A stretch of DNA of 64,000 bases from Eledone cirrhosa (GCA_964016885.1 OZ024756.1:28954001-29018000); one strand, 5' to 3'; counted from the stretch's first letter, positions 1 through 14,020 are shown. Translations and numbers: made by a program. Notes: generated by a model not told the origin, from the sequence alone.

Positions 1-19
1 ACATAATAAATAAATAATA

Positions 20-93
<74 letters not shown>

Positions 94-626
94 TATATAT
101 GCCTTTGTGTGTGTGCATGCGTGTGTACCTAAGACCGTCAATTGCCTTAACTTGAATGCAACTACATCTAGAACAAACTCAATCTATCCACGAACTCAAG
201 CAAACGCAATCCATGAACCTACATTCCACTTCACTCATCAGACCCCATACCGCACATGGAAAAGTAAAAATCAATGAATATGTTATGCTTATATAGGCTT
301 TAATTAAAACATTTTCTGAAATGTTCTTCAGAGTTGTTTCCCTTTTATAAAAAAATTAACATTTTTAAGAGTTATGCCCCTTACAAAAAATATTTTTCTT
401 GGTTTGGTCATTTTGTAACTTTATAGAGATGACAGTCAAATGCTTGTACTGCAGTGTCGTTTTAAAATATTGAAGGACACATTTTACTCCTTCATCCATC
501 AAAAGCCAAGCAAAGAAAGAACGTTTTTCCTAGGTTCATACCTGTAATAGGCTTGTACCTATGGTGTTGGTCACCGCCAGAATTATTCCGATTATGTTGT
601 TACACTGGATCATGACTGGCCAGGGT

Positions 627-684
<58 letters not shown>

Positions 685-687
<3 letters not shown>

Positions 688-865
688 TGAGGTTGTGAGT
701 TCGATTCCTGGACCAGGCGATGTGTTATGCCCTTGAGCAAAACACTTTATTTCACGTTGTTCTTTCTACTTGGAGTGGCGACCGATAAATAGTATTAGCA
801 ATTGGAAATACCAATGGAAACATCGTTTCCTCGGTCCGATTTGACGAAAGTCGATGGCCAGTCGA
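685..865 (+). mobile_element. 5'-truncated tRNA-derived SINE (CORE-like family B)
   Basis: B-box gagttcgattcc followed by tgcccttgagcaaaacactttattt (CORE-domain-like); matches the copies at 12961 and 45261. Confidence 0.75.
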
Positions 866-1959
866 TATATTTATATGTATTTTTAGTAAAACCAAGGATT
901 AGTATTATTGTTATTTATTTATACATCTACGTACGTTTCAACGTGTCTAGAATATTCCATCAATTGTGGGGAAGAAACCGAAATAATCCGTTAAGTAACT
1001 CCATTTTATCTGTTTTACTCCTAAGGAAATACAATCAAATAACACTAATTAGTTTAACATCAAAATACAAGTTATCAGAAATACAAGTTAACAATATTTG
1101 GTTTAACATCAAAATACAAGTTATCAGAGAATTAAATAAGGAACTGAAAATTAACTAACACCGCTTTAGAAAGCTATATCGACATATTTTGATTAGTCTC
1201 ATTTAACTGTGTATTAAATATAAATAATAATTGGTTTTCTTCATAAATGTTTCCTTGATAAGTACGAAATATATATAATATATTCGTTTCTAGTAAAATA
1301 AAAATATGTATAATATACATTAGTAAATTGTTAGATAAGGAATCTAAATTGAACAAACACCGTTTAAAACGTTATTCGAAAGTGTAAACAGTTGAAATGA
1401 ATGAAATGAATTTTGCAATGTTTTCTCTGAAACCAGGCTAGAAGAGTAATAGGTAAATGTCTATACATGCTTTCAAAGCTATATATATATCCTTTAAAAA
1501 ATGTTAATACATTAATACAATATCATTTCACTTTTAATATGAGCTTCTAACTAACGTAATACATTTTAAGCATCTTTACATCTTTCGGATATTTTTACAT
1601 TATAAACATTGAAAAAATAAGCACTGCAATTTCACCTCATGGAAACTATTACTATAACAAATTAACAATTTTAATGTGTTTTGACATATATATGAAAAAA
1701 ACTTTTATTTCACACGTCTATTAAAGAAAATTAAACAGATTTTATTCACTGTTGTATAAAAAAAAAAAAGAGGTATAATAATACAATGCTTACAGAACGA
1801 AAACCCTAACAAATATAATATAAAGGAAAGGGAGAGGGAATACAAAAAAAAAGAAAGAAAAGGAGAAGAAAAAACACACACCTGGGACCACACAACAAAA
1901 GGCAGGCGCAAGGGGTGGACAACCGAGAGTAAAGGATAACAGTATCGCGAGGAAAACCT

Positions 1960-2285
1960 CTAATGATTTTTGAGGCAAGCCAGCATGCTTGCAGCATTAG
2001 CCCGGGTGATGGTGAGGCTGATGCGCTGGAACAACCAAGCGCCTCCATGAGCATCACTAATTACCTCTAATCCGACTCCACTAAACAGACTGGAAAATGT
2101 AGTTGGCCGACAGATCACGGTATTTTGTTCCGTTCGGCTGCGGAAGCTGTGGTTCTCGCCCTAATCGCAGCATCCAGGATGTGGGAAGAAACAAAAGTGT
2201 CATTAACTGTCACGTCCCAGACAAGGCATCTGTCTCTCAACCAGGGGCACAGGCGTAAGGCCTGCAGGTCTTTTCCCATCACTTC
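1960..2285 (-). mobile_element. CRE-clade LINE 3' fragment (restriction-like endonuclease domain), frameshifted
   Basis: Minus-strand translation across frameshifts reads DGKRPAGLT..PWLRDRCLVWDVTVNDTF..AAERNK..WLFQRISLTITRANAASML*; homologous to the fragment at 47085-47660. Confidence 0.75.
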
Positions 2286-2409
2286 TGAAATTCATGTGTG
2301 TATAAATATGTTATGTGTGAATTATTCTATTTAGATATATACATGGCATGTGTATGTGTACATGTATATATTAGTGTTAATATATACATGTATATAACCC
2401 TAACCATAA

Positions 2410-2625
2410 GGGCGGTGGGTTGACAGTATCGGTAGAGCGTCGGACATGCTTTATGGCATAGTTACGCCCCTTTGCAACCGATCCTCCCGAGGTTAACTTT
2501 GCCTTTCATCCTTACGGGGTGGATAAAATAAAGTACCAGTAATGCACTGAGGTCGATTTAATCGACTTTCCCCTCCCCCAAATTGCTGACCTTTTGCCTA
2601 TAGTAGAAATCACTATTATTATTAT
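2410..2625 (+). mobile_element. tRNA-derived SINE family A (central gcctttcatcc..ggggtcgataaaataaagtaccag domain)
   Basis: Shared central domain and agtagaaa(att)n tail. Confidence 0.8.
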
Positions 2626-2663
2626 GAGCGCTGATTAAAAGCTTTATATATTATTGCACACAA

Positions 2664-2713
<50 letters not shown>

Positions 2714-2796
2714 TTGTTTATTTATTGTCAAGGCTCCTTTGTTCTGTCCTACACCATCTTGATGGTGAACAAAGGAGAGACACAAAATAAAAACCC

Positions 2797-2838
2797 AGTC
2801 ACTGAGGTCACAGAATGTGTGACGAAAGAGCTTTGACT
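2797..2838 (+). ncRNA. Degenerate type-I hammerhead ribozyme
   Basis: agtca-ctga(core 2 nt short)-gtcaca/tgtgac-gaaa-gagc-tt-tgact; stems I and II pair. Confidence 0.4.
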
Positions 2839-2957
2839 ATTATATAAACAACCATCCTATTATCGAACCAATCAACCAACTAACCTGAAATTTATAATAA
2901 ATTGAAGTGAAAACCAACAGGTGCGTGTGTTTTTATTGACAGCATGACCCTCCCAAA

Positions 2958-2997
<40 letters not shown>

Positions 2998-3029
2998 CAC
3001 ACACACACACACACACACATATAAAATGA

Positions 3030-4008
3030 ATATGTTGTAGTTATATAAATGTGAATATGTAAATATCTGTATATAAACAATGCGAGAAAGAGAGATAACG
3101 ACAAACAAATAGAGAGGGAGAAAGAGAGAAAAGATATACAGATAGAGAGTGAGTGAGAAATACACACATATAGTGTGCTCTTCGTTAAACTATAAAGCAA
3201 GCAAGGAATGATTCTTTTAGAGAGAGAGTGGTGGGAGGAGAGGGAAGAGGGACAGGGAGAGAGACAAAGAAATAGGCAGACAGAGAGGTAGAGAAAGAAA
3301 GAGGAAGATACGTAGATAGAGATATAGGGAGACAAAGAAAGAGAGGAATATTAGACAGGTAGAGAGAGACGGACAAAGAAAGGGATAGAGAAATAAACAA
3401 AGAAGTAGTAAGAAGAAAGAAAACGAGGAAGAGAGAGACAACAAATACAGAAAGAGAGAATGACAACAACAAAGAGAGAGAGATAGATAGAGAAAGACAA
3501 CAACAAAGAGAGAGAGATAGAGAAAGACAACGTCAAAGAGACGACTGAGAGAGATAGAGAAAGACAACGACAAAGAGACGACAGAGACTGATAGATAGAG
3601 AAAGACAACGACAAAGAGACGACTGAGAGAGATAGATAGAGAAAGAGACAACGTCAAAGAGAGAAAGACAACGGCAGAGAGAGAGAGAGACAGTGAAAGA
3701 GTAACAGTTAAAGTGAGAGCTATTAGTGACCGTGACCTTTCTATTAAAATTGCCTTATATCTCAGCCAATAGGAAGGAAAGTAATAAGATCGGCTGATGT
3801 GATCGTTTTCTACATATACAAACAAACAGTCTTAAATATTATTATTATTATTATATTGTACTATACTTTGCCTTGATTCTGGCTTCTTCTTCTCTACTAG
3901 CAGACTTCTCACTTTTCTCCCTCTCTCTCTATCTCTCTCTCACTCTGTATATATATATATATATCGCTCTCTATTTCTCTCTCTCCCTCTTTATCTCTCT
4001 CTCTGTAC

Positions 4009-4044
<36 letters not shown>

Positions 4045-4390
4045 CTCTCTATTTCTCTCTCTATATATATAGCTCTCTATTTCTCTCTCTCTCTGTATAT
4101 ATATATATAGCTCTCTATTTCTCTCTCTCCCTCTGTATATATATATCGTTCTCTATTTCTCTCTCTCCCTCTCTCTGTATATATATATATAGCTCTCTAT
4201 TTCTCTCTCACCCTCTGTATATATATATAGCTCTCTATTTCTCTCCCTCTCTCTCTGTATATATATATATATTGCTCTCTATTTCTCTCTCTCTCTATAT
4301 ATATATATATCGCTCTCTATTTCTCCCCCTCTCTCTCCCTACATATCTATCTATCTGTCTGTCTGTCTGCCTGTCTAACTATCTATCTAT
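3030..4390. repeat. (GA)n/(CT)n/(TA)n-rich microsatellite tracts with a short unique island at about 3690-3900
   Basis: Direct inspection. Confidence 0.8.
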
Positions 4391-4391
4391 C

Positions 4392-5050
4392 CACAGGACA
4401 TTGAAACAGTCCTGCACGCAATTGTACACTGCCCGGGCGTAACCGACCTGTGGAACTATGCAGAACAACTGCTGTCGCGTATGGGACAAATCCAGTTGAC
4501 TGCCGAGTCCATAGTAAGGATCAAACCGCCAGCCTCTTTCAAACACGAAAGAGAGGCGGTTTTCCTCTGTACGGTGGCTATGGTGAAAGAGGTTATATGG
4601 TGGACGAGATTGAGAGGACTGGGGACAGATGCCTTTCTCTCCGGACAACAATTGATTCCCTTCTTTAAGTATCACTTTAGAAGGAGAATCAGAGTGGAGA
4701 GAGAGAGGCACTACACCCCAGTAAATTTACTGAAAGGTGGGTGAATGAAGCTAAAATGGCCCAAGTGATTGGGCCTTCTCTGTTTATAAGCCTGTAGGTT
4801 AAAGAAGAGAGCAAAAGGAAGAAAGGAGCACTTGCACAACACGCTCCTGACGTTGAGGGTTGTTCTATTGACGGGGTATTAAACAACCCATTTGTGGCGC
4901 CTCCCCCCTATTGGGGATTTTCGATTGTTGTAATTGTTTGTTTTTATATTTTTTACACGACTGTATGTAAAATCCCCGGCATGTCTTTGTTTTATCCCCT
5001 TTTCTTGTGCGCCATTGTGGCAAATAAAGAAATATATCTATCTATTTATC
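4392..5050 (+). mobile_element. Tx1/L1-type LINE 3' end (zf-RVT-like region, 3' UTR, AATAAA, (ATCT)n tail)
   Basis: ETVLHAIVHCP..QLTAESIVRIKPP..AMVKEVIWWTRL; homologous to 25626-26555. Confidence 0.75.
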
Positions 5051-5411
5051 TATCTGTCTGTCTGTCTGACTATCTATCCGTCTGTCTGTCTGTTTGTCTA
5101 TCTATCACTTCTTTCAGTTTTCTGTGTATGCAGACATACATACATATGTGCGCGTGTTTACATATTTTTACACTCGGGTATTTATGTTTGTGTGTGTACA
5201 CGTGTATAATATACACTGTATATATGTGTGTGTGTGTGTACGCGTTCATATGTGTGTGTTGGCACACGCAAGAGAAAAGAAAAGAGTAGAACTCAATAAC
5301 AACAATTAAAAATTGTGATGGTGTAGAATCTATTTTTAATTACTATATATATATAATATAAGATCAAAAGATGGTTAAAGGAGTTCCATATATATATATA
5401 TATATATATAT

Positions 5412-5546
5412 CGTCTTTGAATTTGTTTTGCAAGATTTCTTATCTGAAAACGTGTGTTGTAATAGATATTGTTATACTTTGGGAGGGTCATGCTGCTAGC
5501 AGGTGCGTGTGTTTTTATTGGCAGCATGACCTCCTCAAGGTATAAC

Positions 5547-5551
<5 letters not shown>
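5412..5551. mobile_element. Short TA-flanked fold-back element
   Basis: tattgttatactttgggagggtcatgctgc ... gcagcatgacctcctcaaggtataacaata; the same terminus occurs at 2915-2960 and 33920-33970. Confidence 0.6.
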
Positions 5552-5580
<29 letters not shown>

Positions 5581-5583
5581 TAA

Positions 5584-5645
<62 letters not shown>

Positions 5646-5804
5646 ATATAGATATATAAATAAATAGATATATATAAATAAATAAATATATAAATATAAA
5701 TATATAAATATATATATATAAATAAATATATATATATATATAAATAAATAGATATATATAAATAAATATATATAAATAAATAAATAAATATATATATATT
5801 TATT

Positions 5805-5859
<55 letters not shown>

Positions 5860-5900
5860 TTCAAAATATTAACAAAATAGATATTCTTGTGATCAAGTAT

Positions 5901-5965
5901 ATTTTATTATACATATTTCAGAGGTACTGAGTTAAGTTCAACAGTACGTCCTCATCAGATAAAAT
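5901..5965 (-). ncRNA. Type-I hammerhead ribozyme (canonical core) in TA-flanked element 5858-6100
   Basis: Minus strand: attttat-CTGATGA-ggacgtactg..cagtacctct-GAAA-tatgta-TA-ataaaat. Confidence 0.8.
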
Positions 5966-6096
5966 AAGATGATGCATGACATACCCTGACATAGTAGATG
6001 GTTAAGATTCAGTCATGAAAACCATTTACTGTTGAGTGCTTCTAATCTATTGTAAAACTTATTCTCTGATTTATTCATTGAACCTTGTTTAACGTT

Positions 6097-6143
<47 letters not shown>

Positions 6144-6202
6144 CAAGGCTCTGATACCATTAACACTATACACACAGAGCTGGCATATCTAAGAACTGAC
6201 TA

Positions 6203-6258
6203 ACTGCCTGATGAGGTCATAGCCATTCAATGGCTATCATCGAAATATATATAGCAGT
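6203..6258 (+). ncRNA. Type-I hammerhead ribozyme (canonical core) in TA-flanked element 6139-6304
   Basis: actgc-CTGATGA-g..atagccatt/aatggctat..c-GAAA-tatata-TA-gcagt, followed by aataaa. Confidence 0.85.
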
Positions 6259-6299
6259 AAATAAAGGATTATGAGTTCATGCAATTGACTTATGTTTCG

Positions 6300-6356
<57 letters not shown>

Positions 6357-6462
6357 AGATCCCCGGTTAAATCGGGGATAACCACAGTAAGTTAAGTACT
6401 CAATACATAGCAGAAATTCATTCTTCGATTATATATATATATATATATAATATATATATATA

Positions 6463-7652
<1,190 letters not shown>

Positions 7653-7784
7653 ATATACCTCTTCTCTCTCTCCTCTCTCATGATACTGTAACTTTATATT
7701 ATATATATATATATATCCTTCCTACCTTCCTACGGAAATACTTTATATATATATATATATCCTTCCTACGGAAATACTTCATAC

Positions 7785-7856
<72 letters not shown>

Positions 7857-7890
7857 TTACAGTAATCAAAGTTCAGTTTAAGTCATTTAT

Positions 7891-7939
7891 TTGCTTACAA
7901 TTGTTTCCTCCAAACCGAGGTTTGGATTCTTCGGAGCAA
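7891..7939 (-). ncRNA. Type-I hammerhead ribozyme, U4C core variant
   Basis: Minus strand: ttgct-CCGAAGA-atccaaacc/ggtttggag-GAAA-caattg-TA-agcaa, overlapping aataaa. Confidence 0.65.
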
Positions 7940-8021
7940 CTATTTATAACATACTTGACCTCCTTTTCAACCCAAGAGACACATAAAACATATACGCATA
8001 TTGATCAACAGTGGGGTGACA

Positions 8022-8056
<35 letters not shown>

Positions 8057-8286
8057 GGGTGACATTCCTATATATATATATATATAAATGGAAAAGAATG
8101 AAACAAAATTTCATTTCTCACTCTTAGTACGGCTGATACTTACAAACAAACCGAACATTATAATAAATTTTCAGTAAACCCATACGTACATATATATATG
8201 TATGTGAATGTATGTATATATATGTATACATACTACTGTACGTCTGTATACATATATGTATGTACGTATACATACATACTTACACT

Positions 8287-8344
<58 letters not shown>

Positions 8345-8405
8345 ATTTAATTCAAGCACTCCACGTACTTTTTCCATATAGTAATGATGGAGTTTGTTTA
8401 GAATA

Positions 8406-8761
8406 AAAAATGCGAAGTAGTTTCAGATGTTAAAGTCCTATATTGATAAGGCTGTGATATATATTTCAATGACGACAGTGGCCACGCGATTCCTCCCAAA
8501 CAGTGCCATGATCTCAAAGCTGCGGAGGGAAATTAGGGCTCACAAGGGAACGGGCGAAGGCTTCAAGAACATCATCTTTGTCCGTTCCCTTGTTGTTTTT
8601 ATTTGGATTGCCTCGAGAAAGTAACCTTATTATGTAAGAAGCTGTCTGATGAGATCATGGCACTGGTTAGCCGGAATCGCGTGGCCACTGTCGTCATTGA
8701 AATATATATCACAGTCTTATCAATAAAGGACTTTAACATCTGAAACTACTTCGCATTTTTT
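8406..8761. mobile_element. Fold-back element with about 110-bp inverted arms
   Basis: aaaaatgcgaagtagtttcagatgttaaagtcc... / ...ggactttaacatctgaaactacttcgcattttt. Confidence 0.8.
8641..8715 (+). ncRNA. Type-I hammerhead ribozyme (canonical core)
   Basis: gctgt-CTGATGA-long stem II-GAAA-tatata-TC-acagt, then aataaa. Confidence 0.8.
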
Positions 8762-8799
8762 TAGTCTCTCTCTCTCTCTCTCTCTGTATATATATTACG

Positions 8800-9855
8800 A
8801 GCATGAAAATAACAACATAGTTAGGATAGCTACTGATCTTGAGGAAAGACATGAAATAAAACCTGATACAATTATCTCTCCCAGGAACATTGGAAAATTC
8901 TACTTGATGCTCGAAGAAAATAACAAAATAGACCAATTCATTGAGAAGATTATACATGCGTACTTGAGACAAAAACGCTGACCATGGAGTAGTTAAACCA
9001 TATTAAAAGCCTGGCATGTAGTTCTAACACATTCATAAGATTTCACCTTAAAGGATACCTCCATGTAATCCAGGAACAAGAAATCCCCACCAAGTACCTA
9101 CTGCACAAAAGAGAAAGGTCATCAGTTGACAATTAATGTAGGCCACATTATTACCAACTGTGAAAGAATGTCTTCTCGTTACTTCTCACCTCTCCATGAG
9201 GCATAATGTGGTAATCAGAACAATATGGAATGCTCCACGGAAGACGAAAATAACAACAAATAGTGAGGAATGTGTTGAGATGATGGCTCAAAGAAATACT
9301 AGTAGAACATAAAAATAAAAACCGCCACCAAATCAAAACGCAACCAGTTTGAGACCAAACATTAAAACATGCTCTGCTGTAGAAGTTAGCTACCCACTTG
9401 ATGTCAATGTAGTAAGAAAAATACAAGAGGATAATATGTACGAACCATTGCTAAGCAGTTTGCTGACCCATTACCCAAAACACTCATCCAGTTTCATAGC
9501 TATTATTATTGGACCAACAGGTGGTTTGGCAGTATTGGTGAGAGTCGGACGCCATGCTTTGTAGCATAGAGTTACGCCCCTCTATGATCTGAGTTCAAAT
9601 CCCGCCGAGATTAACTTTGCCTTTCAACCCTACGGGGTCGATAAAATAAAGTACCAGTAATACACTGGGATAATTGCTGGCCTTGTGCCAAAAGTAGAAA
9701 CAATTATTATTGGAGCAACAGGTTATATACCAACAAGCCTGGACCAAAATATGACTGAAATTAGATCTGTGGAAAAAGAACCTAGCTACTTAATTCATAA
9801 GCTACAAATGGCTGCGATATTTGGAACCTTTCAAAATCTGTAAAAGATTCAATTT
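8800..9855 (+). mobile_element. R4/Dong-clade LINE 3' fragment (zinc-knuckle region and RLE), degraded, with SINE insertion
   Basis: GYLHVIQEQEIPTKYL..HIITNCERMSSRY..RHNVV..VEVSYPLDVNV..IIIGATGYIP..LQMAAIFGT motifs across frameshifts. Confidence 0.7.
9519..9710 (+). mobile_element. SINE family A inserted in the R4/Dong fragment
   Basis: Flanked by attattattggaccaacagg / attattattggagcaacagg (target-site duplication). Confidence 0.85.
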
Positions 9856-10069
9856 GCAGCAGAGAGCAGGGCAAGCATTGTCCTTATGACGACCACGGCC
9901 AGAAAGGCATTGGCAGTTGTCCCCCGCTACTTCTGCTGAAATCCGCTAGACGGCGCTAGCCGTCAACTTTTCAATATTCATAGTTAGAAGGCTTTCCAAA
10001 TATTTATTCGTAAACATACCGTATATCATTAGAAATACGAAACTCACATACTCGGAGGATACCTTTAAT

Positions 10070-10100
<31 letters not shown>

Positions 10101-10101
<1 letters not shown>

Positions 10102-10294
10102 ACGAAGGAAATGTGGTAAGGAACCAGGTGGACCATAACGCACCAAAGTACTCAATACTTAGGGTAGTAGAGTGGGTAATAGGAACAAGTAAGACCCCGA
10201 CGGCTGAGCTCAAGCCGTTTCGACGGCTAATTCAGTACAGAATTAGCCGTCGAAACGGCTTGAGCTCAGCCGTCGGGGTCTTACTTGTTCCTAT
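10101..10294 (-). mobile_element. Hairpin element family H (carries the 3' half of a hammerhead)
   Basis: Perfect hairpin 10179-10294; GAAA-cggc..gagctc..gccg-TC-ggggtc; TA-flanked. Confidence 0.8.
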
Positions 10295-10472
10295 ATATAT
10301 ATATATATATATGGGATAACAAGTTATCGTTATAGGTAATCCAGTTAGAGGTTGTGAGTACTCTGCGTGGTGGATAGTTTTAACGTACGGCTTTTTGTGA
10401 CTCAACAAGACGCTTCCATAGTTATGCAGTGAGTTCGCGGTAATTTTTATGCAGGTTATACTTGGAGTAATA

Positions 10473-10723
10473 ATAGTTAAAGAATGAAGATTAACATGGT
10501 TGGCTGTACAATAACGGCTTTATTTAAAGTACTGACAATTGTTTCGTTGATCAGGTGGGTCTAGAGTTCGCTAATCGCTTGAGGTTGCGTTATTAGATCG
10601 AATAACGCAACATCAAGCGATTAGCGAACTCTAGACCCACATGATAAACGAAACAATTGTCAGTACTTTAAATAAAGCCCCTTATTGTACAGCCAAGCAT
10701 GTTAATCTTCATTGTTTAACTAT
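10473..10723. mobile_element. About 250-bp near-perfect fold-back carrying the 3' half of a hammerhead in each arm
   Basis: Axis near 10597; GAAA-caattg-TC-agtact on both arms; related to 10741-10945 and 45052-45220. Confidence 0.75.
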
Positions 10724-10780
10724 ATATATATCTATATCTATAGGATAACAAGGTATTGTTTAAGGTAATCCAGCTAGAGA

Positions 10781-10891
10781 AGTATTCCGATGATTTCATC
10801 AAGCAAACACTGTAATGAAGGTCGAGTGACGTAATTTCTAGCGATCAGCGATTTTTAGACTCACCTGATTAATGAAACAAGTGTTAATACT
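10781..10891 (+). ncRNA. Putative hammerhead, U4C variant with long stem II region
   Basis: agtatt-CCGATGA-...-GAAA-caagtg-TT-aatact, then aataaa. Confidence 0.45.
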
Positions 10892-10939
10892 GTAAATAAA
10901 CCCTTTTTGTACAGCCGGCCATGTTATTCTTCATTATTT

Positions 10940-10979
<40 letters not shown>

Positions 10980-10980
<1 letters not shown>

Positions 10981-11155
10981 GAGGTGCTGAAAAGTTCCTG
11001 GCTTTGAGTAAAAGAAAATACAGGAGGATTAGTTATTCATGATTTTATATAAACATATTCTCCTCTCAGATTCTCACACTTATTGCAGTGGCCCTTCAGT
11101 TTTTCTAAGCCCTGTAAAAAGAACTCGGAAGGTTGGGCCTCCAACCAGGCCTATG
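10980..11155 (+). mobile_element. Mariner-type DNA transposon terminal fragment
   Basis: gaggtgctgaaaagttcctggctt resembles a mariner-type TIR (from recall). Confidence 0.5.
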
Positions 11156-11199
11156 TAGCAGCTTAAAGCAAGGAATGTTCAGAATAGAACCAGTTTAAA

Positions 11200-11372
11200 A
11201 CTAGTTCGATCATTACTCAACAGAGTACTCGATACTCAGGGTAGTAAAGTATGGCTATATTATAACGAGTCGGGGCTCGTCGGCTGAGCTCTTGCCGTTT
11301 CACGAGCTAGTTCCGGAACTAGCTGTTGCAATGGCAAGAGCTCAGCCGACGAGTCCCGACTCTTTATAATAT
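11200..11372 (-). mobile_element. Hairpin element family H, diverged copy
   Basis: gagtcggggctcgtcggctgagctcttgcc / ggcaagagctcagccgacgagtcccgactc. Confidence 0.7.
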
Positions 11373-11504
11373 ATATATATCATTTATTTGGTTTGACCTG
11401 TTTAGCTTGACTTGTTTTTTGGCTTAGGTGGTTAATGCCTTCTTGACCACTTTTCAGTTTGTATGGCGTTTTAACATATTGTTTACATATTGTTTAACAT
11501 ATTG

Positions 11505-11538
<34 letters not shown>

Positions 11539-11540
<2 letters not shown>

Positions 11541-11727
11541 CAAAGAGGGTGTGGTAAGATACCAGGTGGACCATAACGCACCAGAGTACTCAATACTTAG
11601 GGTTGTAGAGTGGGTAATAGGAGAACAGTCAGGACCCCGACGGCTGAGTTTCGGCCGTTCCGTTTTGACAGCTAGATTCGAACTGTCGAAACGGCCAGAG
11701 CTCAGCCGCCGGGGTCCTGACTCTTTT

Positions 11728-11732
<5 letters not shown>
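11539..11732 (-). mobile_element. Hairpin element family H
   Basis: Matches the 10101-10294 copy with a different hairpin loop. Confidence 0.8.
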
Positions 11733-11776
<44 letters not shown>

Positions 11777-12140
11777 GTTATACATAGAAACTGACGGTCA
11801 GTCACCCAGGCAGACAGACTAACGGACAATGCTAATGAAAACGATCTTTTTTTTTTTTTTTCTTTTTCATCTATTTCCTTGGCATGTCTCCTGGTATCAT
11901 GATGGTAAAAGAAAACGTTCAAGTGTTAGAAGTTGGAAGAATCATGAAGGAATCATGCTATTATTGTATGGAGAGAGGAAACACATTCCTTGTAAGTCAG
12001 ACTGCTTGGCGTTGGAATGTTCCATTATATCAAGGTTAAATGGAGGGATGTGTTCATTTGTTTTTATGTTCATTTATTAATTTATTTGCTTGTTTGTTTC
12101 TGTATCTTTATCATCATCGTTATCATTATTGTTATTGTTA

Positions 12141-12201
<61 letters not shown>

Positions 12202-12361
12202 CTTCCTTTCCTCTTCTAATGAAGTTGTTAACAGTTTAACATTTCTGTGTAGTGTGTGTATATAAATATGGGTGTATTGTAGGGTTTACACCTCAGTGTA
12301 TGTGCATGTCTGTATATGTATATATGTGTATGCGTATATATATATATATACACACACACCC

Positions 12362-12500
<139 letters not shown>

Positions 12501-12599
12501 TAGTTATATATTAAAATTATGTGAGAAAAAAGTCTAATTATGGGAGTACAAACAAGATAGCCAAAATAAAATTCTAACTAACTTCGCTTATACATAGAT

Positions 12600-12728
12600 C
12601 TTCCTACCATGGTTTCGTGTATATATATATAACAGAGTGTTGTAGTTTGCTTGAAGCATTGTTGGATAGGAAACACAAACTTGCCAATCCAAAATATTTG
12701 CGGGTTTAAAAACCCATTATCAAGGAAG
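12600..12728 (-). ncRNA. Putative hammerhead, U3-A8 core, long or interrupted stem II
   Basis: Minus strand: cttcc-TTGATAA-(about 100 nt)-GAAA-ccatgg-TA-ggaag. Confidence 0.45.
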
Positions 12729-12734
12729 TATCAT

Positions 12735-12890
12735 GCCATGCTTTGACGCATTGAGTTACGGTCCTTGCCATTCTGAGTTCGAATCCCGCCGAGGTTAACT
12801 TTGCCTTTCATCCTTGCGGGGTCGATAAAATAAAGTAGCAGTAATGCACTGGGTAATTCCTAGCCTTGTACCAAAAAGTAGAAACAATTA
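12735..12890 (+). mobile_element. SINE family A, 5'-truncated
   Basis: Family A central domain and tail. Confidence 0.8.
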
Positions 12891-12960
12891 TGAGAGATCT
12901 AAAGGATCGATCGGAGTTAACTTGTTTGCAAGGCAGATTAAGATATATATATATATGTGT

Positions 12961-13185
12961 GAAGGCGAGTGGCTGAGTGGTTAGAGAACTGGATACGCAA
13001 TCGTGAGGTTGTGAGTTCGATTCCTGAACCGACCGTGATGCGTTATGTCCTTGAGCAAGACACTTTATTTCACGTTGCTCCTTCTACCTGGAGTTGCGAC
13101 CGATAGATAGTATTAGCAACTGGAAAGACCGACGGAAACATTGTTTCCTCGGTCCGATTTGACGAAAGTCGATCGTTTAAGATGA
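12961..13185 (+). mobile_element. SINE family B, full length
   Basis: A box tggctgagtgg, B box gagttcgattcc, then tgtccttgagcaagacacttt. Confidence 0.8.
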
Positions 13186-13199
13186 TATATATGTATATA

Positions 13200-13378
13200 T
13201 AACTGTTTCTACTTTAGGCACAAGGCCAGCAATTACCCAGTGCATTACTGGTACTTTATTTTATCGACCCCGTAAGGATGAAAGGCAAAGTCAACCTCGG
13301 CGGGATTTGAACTCAGATCGTAAAGGGACGTAACTATGCTGGAAAGCATGGCGTCCGACCCTCTACCGATACTGCCAA
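13200..13378 (-). mobile_element. SINE family A
   Basis: Reverse complement of the family consensus. Confidence 0.85.
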
Positions 13379-13380
13379 AT

Positions 13381-13541
13381 ATAACAAAGAGTGGTAAGAA
13401 ACCAGGTGGACCATAACGCACCAGAGTACTCGATACTTAGTGTAGTAGAGTGGGTAATAGGAAAAGAGTCAGGACCTCGACGGCTGAGCTCCGGCCGTTT
13501 CGGACAGGCTAGATCCGCCGGGGTCGTGACTCTTTTCCTAT
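13381..13541 (-). mobile_element. Hairpin element family H, internally deleted
   Basis: gtggtaagaaaccaggtggaccataacgcacc...gactcttttccta. Confidence 0.75.
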
Positions 13542-13982
13542 ATATATATATATATATATATTTATTTATTTATTAAAATAACCGATTAAAGTTTAAGCAA
13601 AGAATCGCTTATACATATATATTTATCCTTATCGAGCCCTCTTTGGATTTTAGTCTTCAAATTTATTATTATTACTATATATATATATATTAATTCTGTT
13701 TAATTGACTGTATATCTGGGCGATTACGCTGTCGAAATATTCGATAAATATTCCGTCGCAGCCGGCGCGAAGGGCTGGTTTCGGTTATTTGTTGGAGATT
13801 TCTACATAGAAGCCTTATTCTTATAGCCTGGTCTATTCGATTTTTTATATGGTTAATTATGCTAATTGGGAGAGGAAATGGTATATATTTTATCTGGTGA
13901 TTCTATAGACATGTTTTATGATATATATATATATAGATAGATAGATCAGAACAAACAACACGGACACTCTATCTCAAAATTA

Positions 13983-14020
13983 TTTTTGAAAAGCATTTAG
14001 AAATGCGCAACCGGTAAAAA
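13983..14020 (+). ncRNA. Degenerate hammerhead, U3-A8 core, GAAA changed to GCAA
   Basis: ttt-TTGAAAA-gcattt/aaatgc-GCAA-ccgg-TA-aaa; same layout as 48332-48369. Confidence 0.45.

Noticed and set aside
300-336. ctgaaga..gaaa on the minus strand
   Set aside because: No stem II or stem I; better read as a simple AT-rich hairpin.
922-968. GAAA-cgtacg-TA half-hammerhead on the minus strand (similar relics near 43140 and 49595)
   Set aside because: Core and stem I are too degraded to call; probably decayed members of the same system.
1251-1285. ttgataa-gtac-gaaa-tatata-ta hammerhead-like string
   Set aside because: Stem I does not pair and stem II has no loop.
11860-11997. Exon-like unique stretch ending in gtaagt (similar cases at 22015-22120 and 62648-62720 minus)
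   Set aside because: No convincing acceptor, no recognisable protein similarity and no consistent gene model.
12961-13030. Possible tRNA gene (also 49712 and 59810)
   Set aside because: A and B boxes only, no complete cloverleaf, and the sequence continues into a SINE body.
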